Source: Negativicutes bacterium | Lineage (GTDB): Bacteria; Bacillota; Negativicutes; UBA1444 | NCBI GenBank assembly: GCA_963665275.2 | Contig: CAXXIN010000015.1 | Span: 32,001-96,000, forward strand | Reading direction: 5' to 3' | DNA: 64,000 nucleotides | In this document: piece by piece, positions 1-9,425 of the stretch | Numbering within the stretch: position 1 is the first letter of the stretch | Layout of the letters: each line of letters opens with the position of its first letter | The notes under the pieces: generated by a model | The model's database searches: none | Told to the model about the DNA's origin: nothing | What the model saw: only the letters and a program-made list of their open reading frames with translations | Program-made: the position numbers and the translations under genes

Positions 1-640
1 ACCCGATGTCGGAAGAAATCTCCTCGGTCTTGCCGATGTCATGCAGCAACGCGCCGGCGATCACCATGTCCCGGTCGACGCCCGGTACGGTACCCACGAT
101 GGCTACCGCGGTTTCAGCCACATCCACCGTATGCTCCAGCAGTCCGCCGATATAAGCGTGATGAAAACGCTTGGCCGCCGGGTTCCGGATGAATTGCTCC
201 CAGCGGGAGCCGCTGAAGATTTCGCCCAGCAATGCGCGCAGCGGCGGGCGACTCACCTGCGCCACCAATTTATTCAGTTTGGTTTTGTACGCCTCCATAT
301 CTTTGGAAGCCGCCGGCAATAAGTGGGATACGTCTTTTCCCGCCGGGATCAGATCGATATAGTCAGCCAGGAACTGCAGTTTGCCGTCTCCGCCGTACCG
401 ATCCGCCTGAATCTGGCCGCTGGCCACGACCGGCGCCGCTGAAGTCAGTTCTTTCACCCGCGCCACAGATTCGGCGTTGAAACAAATGAAGCCCATCGAA
501 CCGCTCGGATCTTCCACCGAGCCCCGGACGAACCAGGATCCGTTCGCGGACTGCGAACTCTTCTGAACCCAGAGAATCATCTCCTGATGATCCAATTTAT
601 TTCCTACCCGCAGTTCGGCTAATTTCACGCACATCACCAT
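1..640 (-). CDS. yhaM: 3'-5' exoribonuclease YhaM family (OB-fold + HD domain), 3' end truncated by the window edge
   Basis: Not in the ORF track. Manual minus-strand translation gives ...NPAAKRFHHAYIGGLLEHTVDV...GALLHDIGKTEEI, the YhaM/CBF HD signature. Start is uncertain (652/640/634/628). Confidence 0.8.
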   Translation of the reverse strand, partial: MVMCVKLAELRVGNKLDHQEMILWVQKSSQSANGSWFVRGSVEDPSGSMGFICFNAESVARVKELTSAAPVVASGQIQADRYGGDGKLQFLADYIDLIPAGKDVSHLLPAASKDMEAYKTKLNKLVAQVSRPPLRALLGEIFSGSRWEQFIRNPAAKRFHHAYIGGLLEHTVDVAETAVAIVGTVPGVDRDMVIAGALLHDIGKTEEISSDIG

Positions 641-666
641 TCCTGTTTCCATATTCCAAACATACG

Positions 667-701
667 AAAAGCGCGGCTGAAACGGTCAGAACGCGCTTTT
701 T
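667..701. terminator. Probable intrinsic terminator downstream of the GntP gene
   Basis: AAAAGCGCG...CGCGCTTTTT inverted repeat with T/A tracts on both sides. Confidence 0.55.
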
Positions 702-755
702 CCTTGTTTCATCTCATATTGTATCTTTTTTATGGTCCAACCGTCAAATCCAATC

Positions 756-2099
756 TTACACCAAAACGATCTTCAAAATGTAGACTACCGCCATGCCCAC
801 CAGTCCCTGTACCAAGGTGCCCAGCGTCTGGCACTTGTAGGCGATGTCGACTTTCAGGCCGGAGAACTGCGACACGACCCAGAAGTAAGAGTCATTCGCA
901 TGCGAAACGATCATGGAGCCGCAGCCGACCGACATGGTGGCAAGCACCGCGCCCATCGGACTGGCCAGGCCCAGTGAACCCAGCAGCGGATACACGATGG
1001 TGGATGTCGTGATCAGTGCGACAGTAGACGAGCCTTGGGCCGTCTTGAGAGCTGCGGCAATGATGAACGGCAGGAATATCCCCAAGTTGTAGCTCGCCAG
1101 ACTGCTGCCCAGATAATCGGCGATTTTGCTGGCGGCCAGCAAAGCGCCGAGGGAACCGCCTGCAGCGGTGATCATGATAATAGCGGCTGAATCGCGGAGA
1201 CCCTCACCCATCCAGCCGGACAGCACCTCTTCATTGAGTTTCGGCACCAGGAACAAGCACAGCACAACGCCGAAAAGCAGTGAAACTGTTGGCTCGCCGA
1301 CAAAATCGATCGCAACCTTCAGTTCGCCTTTGCCAAAGGGTAAACTGGGGAAGTTAGCGACGGATTTCAAAGCGATCAACAGAATGGGCAGAATCAACGG
1401 TGCAAAGGCAGCTGTGGCGCTCGGCAAACTCTTGAATTTCTCCAACAACTCCTCATAGGTGACCGATGTATCGGCTTTCACGTCATATTGGCTGGCAAAT
1501 TTAATCGCCCAGAGATAGCCGGCATAGGCCACCGGCACAGCTACGATCAAGCCTAAAACGATGACCATGCCCAGATCGGCCTTCAGATTGTTGGCGGCAG
1601 CGATCGGCCCGGGAGTAGGCGGCACCAGCGTATGGGTCGCATATAATCCGGTGGAAAGCGCTGTAGCCATGACAGCCATGGAAACGCCGGATTTCTTGGA
1701 CAACGACTTATTCAGTGCGGACAGAATAACGAAACCGGAGTCGCAAAAAACCGGAATGGAGGTGATATAGCCGATGATCGTCATGGCCAGTGCCGGACGT
1801 TTGGGTCCGACCCAGTTCAAAACGGTTTCGGCCATGGTCAGCGCCGCACCGGTCTTTTCCAGCATGACCCCGATGATCGTGCCGAATATGATGACGAGGC
1901 CAATCCTTTCGACGGTACCGCCGAAGCCTTTCATGATCGTCTGTGTGACGACCACCGGATTCATGAAGGTTGCAAATCCGACGAAAAATGACGCGATGAT
2001 CAAGGAAAGGAATGCGTGAACCTTGTACTTGGAAATCAACAAAACGATCATTACGATGGCGATGACGAGAATGACCAGCAGCATGGGTCCTTGAACCAT
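756..2099 (-). CDS. GntP family permease (gluconate/glycerate:H+ symporter)
   Basis: Motifs IPVFCDSGFVIL, HTLVPPTPGP, KTAQGSSTVA and SHANDSYFW; very hydrophobic; GGGAGG RBS before ATG 2099; next to glycerate kinase. Confidence 0.9.
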   Translation of the reverse strand: MVQGPMLLVILVIAIVMIVLLISKYKVHAFLSLIIASFFVGFATFMNPVVVTQTIMKGFGGTVERIGLVIIFGTIIGVMLEKTGAALTMAETVLNWVGPKRPALAMTIIGYITSIPVFCDSGFVILSALNKSLSKKSGVSMAVMATALSTGLYATHTLVPPTPGPIAAANNLKADLGMVIVLGLIVAVPVAYAGYLWAIKFASQYDVKADTSVTYEELLEKFKSLPSATAAFAPLILPILLIALKSVANFPSLPFGKGELKVAIDFVGEPTVSLLFGVVLCLFLVPKLNEEVLSGWMGEGLRDSAAIIMITAAGGSLGALLAASKIADYLGSSLASYNLGIFLPFIIAAALKTAQGSSTVALITTSTIVYPLLGSLGLASPMGAVLATMSVGCGSMIVSHANDSYFWVVSQFSGLKVDIAYKCQTLGTLVQGLVGMAVVYILKIVLV

Positions 2100-2231
2100 A
2101 ATTCGAAACCTCCCTTTCAACTATAAATGGGGTGAGTCGAGATCCTGACCGGCCTTGGCAAAGCCTTACAAGAATCATAATTATGGATTTATTTTCAAAA
2201 TCCTGCTGAAATTCTCAGATTATTTTGTTTT

Positions 2232-3371
2232 TTACAAAACGATGCAAACCCGCAGGATTCTGCAGAGGCGTGCTGTAGCTTCTTCGATGAGCGAATCTCC
2301 GCTCTTCATACAGTCCTCCAGTGAAATGGGGCCGCTGCAGATGCTCATGGTCGCGTCAATTCCCTGCTCCAATACATCATCCGCTCCGTCGCCGAGTCCG
2401 CCGGAAATGCAAAAAACCGGCACGCCGAATTGTTTCGCCACTTTGGCCACGCCGACCGGCGCTTTGCCGAACGCCGTCTGAAAATCTGTCCGCCCTTCGC
2501 CAGTGATGACAAATACAGCCTCTTTGACTACCTCCGCGAAATTGACGGCCTCTAGCACGATTTCCACACCCGGCTTCAGTTTCGCCGGCGTGAAGAACAT
2601 CAACCCGGCGCCCAGTCCACCGGCAGCTCCGGCTCCCGGCAGCTTGGCCACATCACGTCCGGTCGCCGATGCCGCACACTGGGAAAAATGCATCAGAGCC
2701 GCATCCAGCTCACGCACCACTTCCGGCGTAGCGCCTTTTTGCGGACCGAAGACCGCCGACGCGCCGCGCACCCCGCACAGGGGATTATCTACGTCGCAGG
2801 CCACCGTGATTTCCGTCTCCTGCAATCGCGGGTCCAGTCCAGTCAAGTCGATCTTTGTCAGGTGTATGAGCGAACCGCCGCCTGGCGGCAGCTCTGTTCC
2901 TTCCTTGGACAGGAACTTGGCCCCCAGCGCCCGTGCCATGCCGATCCCGCCGTCATTGGTTGCACTGCCGCCGATCCCGAGAATGATCCGCCTGAGACCC
3001 GCATCCAGCGCAGCCCGCACGAGTTCCCCCGTGCCATAAGTCGTCGTGACTAGCGGATTGCGCTTGTCTTTGGGAACTAGCGGCAGACCGGATGCAGCCG
3101 CCATTTCGATCACGGCCGTCCTGCCGTCGCCGAGAATACCCCAGCAGGCTTTCAGAGGTTCGCCCAGCGGCCCCCGGACTTCGGTGAATCGCAGTTCCCC
3201 CTGCGTTGCGGTTACCAGTGCTTCCACGGTTCCTTCGCCGCCGTCGGCGATCGGAATTTTGCACACTTCCATATTCGGGAAAACTCTCAATATGCCACGT
3301 TCCATGGCTTCTGCAACACCCACAGCCGATACGCTGCCCTTGTAAGAATCCGGCGCCACAACTACACGCAT
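2232..3371 (-). CDS. glxK: Glycerate kinase (GlxK/GarK family)
   Basis: APDSYKGS, IADGGEGT, GIGGSATNDGG, GAGAAGG and ITGEGRTD.QT..GK motifs. Confidence 0.93.
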   Translation of the reverse strand: MRVVVAPDSYKGSVSAVGVAEAMERGILRVFPNMEVCKIPIADGGEGTVEALVTATQGELRFTEVRGPLGEPLKACWGILGDGRTAVIEMAAASGLPLVPKDKRNPLVTTTYGTGELVRAALDAGLRRIILGIGGSATNDGGIGMARALGAKFLSKEGTELPPGGGSLIHLTKIDLTGLDPRLQETEITVACDVDNPLCGVRGASAVFGPQKGATPEVVRELDAALMHFSQCAASATGRDVAKLPGAGAAGGLGAGLMFFTPAKLKPGVEIVLEAVNFAEVVKEAVFVITGEGRTDFQTAFGKAPVGVAKVAKQFGVPVFCISGGLGDGADDVLEQGIDATMSICSGPISLEDCMKSGDSLIEEATARLCRILRVCIVL

Positions 3372-3472
3372 GCAAACTTCCTCCATATTCTCATATTGGT
3401 GAAAAATTCCGACACGACTATTTTTCGACGCCAATAGAGCAATTGCCTGCCGGAAATAAAACGAATTGTTAA

Positions 3473-4528
3473 TCAGGGTCTTAGAAGTATTTTCAGGGCT
3501 TGACCAGACTCCAGCAAGGCGAAGGCTTCCTCAAACTTCTCCAAAGGAAGGATATGGCTGACACAAGCTGAGACATCAAGCCCCGCGTTCAATAAACCGT
3601 TCATCACTTTCCATGTTTGATACATCTCGCGGCCACTAATGCCATACATATTCACGCCGCGGTAAAATAATTCAGTAAAGTTAATGGGAACTTCACGTGA
3701 AGGCAAGCCGGCGATAACCATTTCGCCGCCAGCCCTAACATACTTTGTAGCTTTCTGTATCCCAGAAACATTACCGGAGAATTCCATTACCACATCAACA
3801 CCCAAGCCGTCACTGTTTTCCAGAATCCGTTGGACAACCTCTTCCTGCAGCGGATTTACAACTAAATTTGCGCCCATTTCATAGGCCACTTTCGCTCGAT
3901 ATTCGTTGGGTTCAATGCATATGATTTTTCCGGCGCCCATTTTTTTCACTATGGCGGTAGCCATGAGTCCGATAGGTCCGCAACCAACGATCGCTATCGT
4001 TTTTCCGCCGATCGGGCATTTTGTCGCAGCATAGACTGCCGTACCCAGCGGTTCCAGCATGGCATTATTCTCTTCAGAAACCAGCGGATTACACACCATT
4101 GCGTTTTCCGCCGGAATGGTTACATATTCAGCAAAACAGCCGTCGAAATGAACCCCAATTGCTCTTGTATTGATGCACAAATTGTCTTTTCCGTCCAAAC
4201 ACAAGGGGCAGGTGTGGCAAGCAACGTGACTTTCCGCTGAAACAAGCTCTCCAAGGCGCGATTCTTTTACGCCGACACCGACCTCAACAATTTCTCCACA
4301 GAATTCATGCCCCATGATAACCGGCGGCTTCATCCGCTTGGCTGCAAACTCCGCCCATTCTTTGATATGCAAATCGGTTCCGCAGATTGCTGCGAGATGT
4401 ACTTTAATAAGCACTTCACCTGATGCAGGCGATGGTATTGGTTTTTCCTGCAGTTCAACGTGCCCTGGTCCCGAATTTGTTTTTACTAAACATTTCATAT
4501 TCATAATGTGACTTGCAACCCCTTTCAA
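3473..4528 (-). CDS. tdh: Zn-dependent MDR dehydrogenase, L-threonine 3-dehydrogenase-like
   Basis: CGTDLH, GHE, structural Zn CHTCPLC...C, GCGPIG, and the Tdh-like C-terminal GISGREMYQTW; true start may be a few codons downstream. Confidence 0.7.
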   Translation of the reverse strand: MKGVASHIMNMKCLVKTNSGPGHVELQEKPIPSPASGEVLIKVHLAAICGTDLHIKEWAEFAAKRMKPPVIMGHEFCGEIVEVGVGVKESRLGELVSAESHVACHTCPLCLDGKDNLCINTRAIGVHFDGCFAEYVTIPAENAMVCNPLVSEENNAMLEPLGTAVYAATKCPIGGKTIAIVGCGPIGLMATAIVKKMGAGKIICIEPNEYRAKVAYEMGANLVVNPLQEEVVQRILENSDGLGVDVVMEFSGNVSGIQKATKYVRAGGEMVIAGLPSREVPINFTELFYRGVNMYGISGREMYQTWKVMNGLLNAGLDVSACVSHILPLEKFEEAFALLESGQALKILLRP

Positions 4529-4548
4529 ATCCTACTAATTACTTCTGG

Positions 4549-4758
4549 TTAATGTACCATATCCCTCTTTTGGACTTCAGAAAAAAGCAGGGATGAGCAA
4601 AAAAAAACGCTGCCGAGCAGCGCCAGACTGTAGACCATAACCTCAAAAAGCTGAATATTTTCTGCCCAAAATCTTGAAACAAAGGAGCGCATTGCATCAT
4701 CAAAAATGTTTCCGAGAATATTCGACACTATCTCTGAGAGAAAGGCGGCGGTGTTCAT
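4549..4758 (-). CDS. Small hypothetical membrane protein
   Basis: 69-aa ORF with one hydrophobic segment filling the gap between lipS1 and tdh; GGAG upstream. Confidence 0.3.
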   Translation of the reverse strand: MNTAAFLSEIVSNILGNIFDDAMRSFVSRFWAENIQLFEVMVYSLALLGSVFFCSSLLFSEVQKRDMVH

Positions 4759-4821
4759 ATCTCCAGGCGAGGGCTCGCTATCAAATGGCCTCCAAAAGCG
4801 AAATGAAGCTTGAAATGCATG

Positions 4822-5700
4822 TCACGTCCCGCAGCAACTTTCTCGATATGTTATTTGATATCTGAGCGAGCGCACATAGGAAACCGTTTCGTCGGCAGGA
4901 TAAGCGATGGCGGCAAATCCGGCATCCACAGCCAGAAGTTCAACCGCACGGGCGTAATTCCCTGGCGGGCGCGCACAGCCCAGCATAAGCGGCAAATCAG
5001 GCAACTTCTCTCTGGCAACTGTGAACAAATTTTTGATTTCCAGCGGATCAGGCGGTGCCACCGCCTGCATCTTCGTCCCTGCCAACGGTTGCAATACTAC
5101 GAATATCAGACAGGATGCGCCTTCGGCGGCCACCATATCAATTGCCGCGTATTCGCCGCGTAATTCGCCATAATGCAGTCCTGCGACGATATGCGGCATC
5201 GCCCGCAACCCGGCCTTGCGCGCAGTTCGAAGACTACGGAGATAATGCTCTGGAGTCCGTTCCAAATGATACACTCTCCTGATGGTTTCAGGATCGCCGA
5301 TCAAATCGAGGGCCACTCCAGCGACGTTTGCCTCTGCCAACACCATAGCGGTCTTTTCATCAAGGAGGCCCGGATGAACGATGACCGACAGACCCATTTT
5401 TACAACTTCCTGTAAGGCAGCACCAAACGGAACAAGTGGCACGCTGCCATCACAGCAGGCGCCACCGCTGATCAGCACACCACGGCAGCCTTCCCTGCAA
5501 AGTTTTTCGGCCACCTGCACGAGCGCCGCAGGCGTCGGCGCTGCCAGCATATTCCGTAGCAACTGCCCCTCGCAATGGTCGCAAAGACAGCCGCACTCAG
5601 TTCCCGAAATGCTGATATTGGCGAACGAAGACGGTTTATTGACATAAAATTCGTTGTCATAGTGGCGCGAACCCGGAACATAAAAAGTGAATTCAGTCAC
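4822..5700 (-). CDS. lipS1: Radical SAM lipoyl synthase subunit LipS1
   Basis: ISISGTECGCLCDHC (CxxxCxxC), GCAR and a C-terminal CC (ESCCGT) match the GC(M/A)R and CC motifs described for LipS1; adjacent to a LipS2-like gene. Confidence 0.85.
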   Translation of the reverse strand: MTEFTFYVPGSRHYDNEFYVNKPSSFANISISGTECGCLCDHCEGQLLRNMLAAPTPAALVQVAEKLCREGCRGVLISGGACCDGSVPLVPFGAALQEVVKMGLSVIVHPGLLDEKTAMVLAEANVAGVALDLIGDPETIRRVYHLERTPEHYLRSLRTARKAGLRAMPHIVAGLHYGELRGEYAAIDMVAAEGASCLIFVVLQPLAGTKMQAVAPPDPLEIKNLFTVAREKLPDLPLMLGCARPPGNYARAVELLAVDAGFAAIAYPADETVSYVRSLRYQITYRESCCGT

Positions 5701-6763
5701 GCCATATTTCTCCTTTGATCGTTATCAAATCGTTCTCATCCGGCCAAAACGGATAGTTACGTAGAACAGGGCCGGGCCGTTCATTGCCAAAAGGTCGGTT
5801 GCAGGCCAAACACCCCTGTCGGTCAGGACAGCCGGATGTCATGAACGGTTTTCCTGCTGCCAGATCCTCGCCCAACAAATCCTGCAACGGCTGACCAAAG
5901 CCTGTGATTCTGCCTTTGTCGAACGTTATCGCATCGCACCCAATCTGGCAATTATTCAGCAAGTGCGCGGCCAGTTGAATCCTTCGATAATGGCTGTTAG
6001 AAGGGGGTAAACGGTTCGATAGAGCACTTCCGGGTTCCGGGCAGAAGGAAAACAAATGGGCCTGCGCGCCGCAGTATCTGGCTTGGGCAATGGCCTGAAC
6101 CATTTCCTGCTCGGTTTCTCCCAAGCCGACGATGAAATGAACGCTGACATGATCGCGTCCAAACACCCTCACCGCACTTTCCAGCGCCATCCAATATTTT
6201 TCCCAGCGATGGGGACCGCCCACCGTCATTCCGCGCATCGCCTCAAATAGTTCGGGGGTCGCCGCATCGACAGCGACTCCCACCCAATCCGCACCCGCTT
6301 CTTTTAGCTTGCGGAAAAACGCCTCGGTATCGTGCACCAAAGTCGGCGATACCAATACACTGACCGGCGCTCCGACAGGAGAGGCGAGCCGTCGCACCAT
6401 CTCCACGCAATCAGTTTCCGCCCGCGGATGCGTGATCATTGACACGCAAATGCGACCGATTCTTTTCACCCCAGCTGCGGCTTCCCGCGGTGGATGAGTC
6501 AGAATCTCAACTATTTTCGCCAACTCATATACTGGCCATTTTACTCGGATGAAGGTAGAGTTTTCCGGCTGGGCCTGCCTTTCCCTGGCCAATCCGCAAT
6601 AGCTGCAGTTGGCCTTACATCCGTCCGGATAGGTCATCAGCAAATTCAAACTTCCGGGATAAGCGTTGCGATAAAAGCTTCCCCGCTCCAACCCGAGCGC
6701 CATTGCACCAGCCAAGCTGGTCTGCACGAAATCAGGACTTTCGATTACATGTGACGATTGCAC
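5693..6763 (-). CDS. lipS2: Radical SAM lipoyl synthase subunit LipS2
   Basis: LMTY..GCKANCSYC and RVKWP; C-terminal TSGCP...CNRP matches the TxGCP..C(N/D)RP motif of LipS2. Confidence 0.85.
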   Translation of the reverse strand: MQSSHVIESPDFVQTSLAGAMALGLERGSFYRNAYPGSLNLLMTYPDGCKANCSYCGLARERQAQPENSTFIRVKWPVYELAKIVEILTHPPREAAAGVKRIGRICVSMITHPRAETDCVEMVRRLASPVGAPVSVLVSPTLVHDTEAFFRKLKEAGADWVGVAVDAATPELFEAMRGMTVGGPHRWEKYWMALESAVRVFGRDHVSVHFIVGLGETEQEMVQAIAQARYCGAQAHLFSFCPEPGSALSNRLPPSNSHYRRIQLAAHLLNNCQIGCDAITFDKGRITGFGQPLQDLLGEDLAAGKPFMTSGCPDRQGCLACNRPFGNERPGPVLRNYPFWPDENDLITIKGEIWRD

Positions 6764-6801
6764 GAACTAGCCCCCTATCTATCATCAGCATACTGCGAAA
6801 T

Positions 6802-7878
6802 CTACTTCGCATAATACTCGGGAAAAGCGACCCAACTGCGGCGGATAAGTCCGGAAAATTTATGATGGTCATCTGTCCATCCCCGCTCACGGGCAAGGAA
6901 GCGGCTATGCGCCCTGGCAAGAGATTCTCCGTATTCCGCCTTCAAGATTCGGGTGTAATTTTCAGCCAGCGCAGAACCGCCAGTCTTCTTTTGATCCAGA
7001 ACAGCTTCTGCGGCTAGCTTTCCACTGACAACTGCGGCAGCAATTCCGGCCCCGGTGATCGGATGTGTGCATCCTGCAGCGTCTCCGGCCAGCAACATAT
7101 GATCGCCTGCCAGATGGTCAACCAGGCCTGCCGCCGGAATCAATCCCCCTGTTGTCCTGTGTACTGCGCTGTCTCGCACAACTTGTGCAGAGACTAACTC
7201 ACGGCAAAACTTTCCGAGCAGTTCCTGCAGAGATCCGTTCAAAGATGCATGAACTGCCATACCAACATTGGCCGAAGCCCCTTTGGGAAAAACCCAGGCA
7301 TAGCCACCATAATAGGTCGGATCGAAGTAGATGTGCGCAAATTCCAGTGGTCCCGCCAGGCCGATCTCATATTGCATAGCCACACAACTCTCAGTTGGAT
7401 GGTTGCCCAGTTTCAGGCTGATTACCGAGCGCGGCCCGTCGCAGCCAACGATATAATCGGCAGTTACGGTCGCATGGCCGGCGCCATTTTGCAATGTAAC
7501 CGTTCGCGAACCTGCATCTGTCACCCGTACTCCGGTCATGAGGCGTACCCCGGCGCGGACTGCTTCATCGGCCAGATGGTTCTCCCAGGAACCCCGATTG
7601 ATCGTAAAGCCAGGCGCCCGCGTTACTTGAACGAGTTCACCCTGAATAAACGTTTTAATTCCCTTCAATGTCTGCGCCACATCAGCGTCTCGTAGCGAGA
7701 CATATTTTTTCAGGATACTCGGTACATACTCTGCGCACTGGATGTTTTCACCAACTGATTGCTGCTGCTCGATCAGCAGTACTTTCAACCCTGCCTCGGC
7801 TAACCGTCGCGCAGCACAGCTTCCTGCAGGACCCGCTCCCACAACTGCCGCATCATAATCCGTCGGCACAGTTCTCAT
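6802..7878 (-). CDS. lipT: FAD-dependent oxidoreductase, geranylgeranyl-reductase family (LipT-like)
   Basis: VVGAGPAGS, GCDGPRS, YAWVFPKG and GDAAG...PITGAGI motifs; lies between a ligase and lipS2, as in lipS1/lipS2/lipT clusters; GGGAGG RBS before ATG 7878. Confidence 0.75.
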   Translation of the reverse strand: MRTVPTDYDAAVVGAGPAGSCAARRLAEAGLKVLLIEQQQSVGENIQCAEYVPSILKKYVSLRDADVAQTLKGIKTFIQGELVQVTRAPGFTINRGSWENHLADEAVRAGVRLMTGVRVTDAGSRTVTLQNGAGHATVTADYIVGCDGPRSVISLKLGNHPTESCVAMQYEIGLAGPLEFAHIYFDPTYYGGYAWVFPKGASANVGMAVHASLNGSLQELLGKFCRELVSAQVVRDSAVHRTTGGLIPAAGLVDHLAGDHMLLAGDAAGCTHPITGAGIAAAVVSGKLAAEAVLDQKKTGGSALAENYTRILKAEYGESLARAHSRFLARERGWTDDHHKFSGLIRRSWVAFPEYYAK

Positions 7879-9001
7879 AATATCCTCCCTGCCCATCGCG
7901 GATGCTCGCCTTGCCATTGCTTGATCGTTCCACCGCCAGCAGCATGACCGCGATAAAATCCTCGGCGGTAACTCCCAAGATGTGAACGTCTCCCTTTGCA
8001 AAAAAAGCACGGATTCTCTCACTAATTTGATTACCACAGACAGGAGTGTTTTTCAGCACCGTTTCCAGGTCGTTGACAGCCCTGGTCGGATAAGCGAAAA
8101 AATCGCCGCTAATCATAACGTATTTAATGACGCGAACGTCTTCGTCCAATCTCATTTGAACCCGGATCAGCCCGCCAGGCGCCTTGTAATTGACTGTACT
8201 ATCCATCGTGTTGACGACTCCGCTACTTTTACCGTACACCCAGTCATCCGATTGGAAATACGGCAGAGTTTCTGCCAACATGGATTCCTCCTGCGCCGTC
8301 AGCTTTCCGCGAACCATTTCATAACCCAGTGTTTCTGCAAACCCATTTAAGATCTCCTGCTTGATTGTGTCGAGTGGGGGCGCCGTGCCCAGCTGTTCGC
8401 TGATGGAAGTGACCCGTCCGCGCATGGAGGAAATCGCCTTATCGCTAATTTTTTCTATCGGGAATCGCAGCACCCGCAACATTTCATCCACATCAAAATC
8501 CACCAACAGGCTGCATTGAAAGACAAAAGACCCTTCCAACTCCGTCCCGCCTGTTCCCGAAATCTTTCTGCCGTTGATTTCGATATCGTTCACCGGCCGA
8601 TAGGCTGCACGCATCCCCAACCTGTTCAGACCTGCCACCATTGCCTCACAGAGCACTCTGTACATGCCTTCTACCCTCCGAGGAATACCTGGAGTGTTTT
8701 TTGCCGCATACAATTCCCAGCCAAGTTCCAGCGGACCCCAATACAAATTGCCTCCACCCGTGATCCGGCGATTGATGTCGATGCCCTTCTCCTGGCAATA
8801 TGGCACATTTACTTCCAAAAATACATTTTGGTGGAGTCCGACCAAAGCGCAGGGTTTGAACTGCAAAAACCGGAAGGTGTTGGGGATTAGCCCGCGGCTG
8901 TGAGCGTTCACGATCACCTGATCCAATGCCATATGTTCCGCCGCAGTGCGTGGCGGTGAATCCAGAACTCTTAACTTCTTGCCACTCCCGACGTCAAGCA
9001 T
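7853..9001 (-). CDS. Lipoate:protein ligase, fused catalytic + accessory domain (sLpl(AB)-like)
   Basis: MALDQ, RRITGGG, NDIEINGRKISGTG, and a C-terminal accessory domain YKAPGGLIRV...ISGDFFAYP. Confidence 0.85.
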   Translation of the reverse strand: MLDVGSGKKLRVLDSPPRTAAEHMALDQVIVNAHSRGLIPNTFRFLQFKPCALVGLHQNVFLEVNVPYCQEKGIDINRRITGGGNLYWGPLELGWELYAAKNTPGIPRRVEGMYRVLCEAMVAGLNRLGMRAAYRPVNDIEINGRKISGTGGTELEGSFVFQCSLLVDFDVDEMLRVLRFPIEKISDKAISSMRGRVTSISEQLGTAPPLDTIKQEILNGFAETLGYEMVRGKLTAQEESMLAETLPYFQSDDWVYGKSSGVVNTMDSTVNYKAPGGLIRVQMRLDEDVRVIKYVMISGDFFAYPTRAVNDLETVLKNTPVCGNQISERIRAFFAKGDVHILGVTAEDFIAVMLLAVERSSNGKASIRDGQGGYYENCADGL

Positions 9002-9413
9002 CCCGCTTGAGCTCCTCCGTAATCAGGGCAACAATAGAACCAGAATTCATTAATCCTTCCAGCTCTTGCGGTCTAGTCAATTCAATCTCAACAAACCAGC
9101 ATGCATAAGGATTTTGGCTGATCAGGCCAGGAGTGGATATCACAGCTTCGTTGACCTTTGTTATCTTGCCGCTCACCGGTGCATAAACCCGCCCCACCCA
9201 TTTCCCCGCCTCCAGCGATCCGCAACTGTCGCCGGCGCTAATATTCGATTCAATACCCGGCAAGGCCAGATACAGTACATCTCCTGTCACATCCAGCCCA
9301 TACGGGGTCAGACCGAACTGGACTTTTTCACCATCCTTACGGATCCATTGATAGTGGGTATCGTAATACAAATCATCGGGAAAGTTATATTTGTCGATAT
9401 TCATCTGCCACAC
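8994..9413 (-). CDS. GcvH-family lipoyl carrier protein (LbpA-like, KWVG type)
   Basis: FPDDLYY..HYQW, lipoyl-Lys context LEAGKWVGRVYAPVSG, NPY..W. Confidence 0.85.
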   Translation of the reverse strand: MWQMNIDKYNFPDDLYYDTHYQWIRKDGEKVQFGLTPYGLDVTGDVLYLALPGIESNISAGDSCGSLEAGKWVGRVYAPVSGKITKVNEAVISTPGLISQNPYACWFVEIELTRPQELEGLMNSGSIVALITEELKRDA

Positions 9414-9425
9414 CTCACCCTGTTA

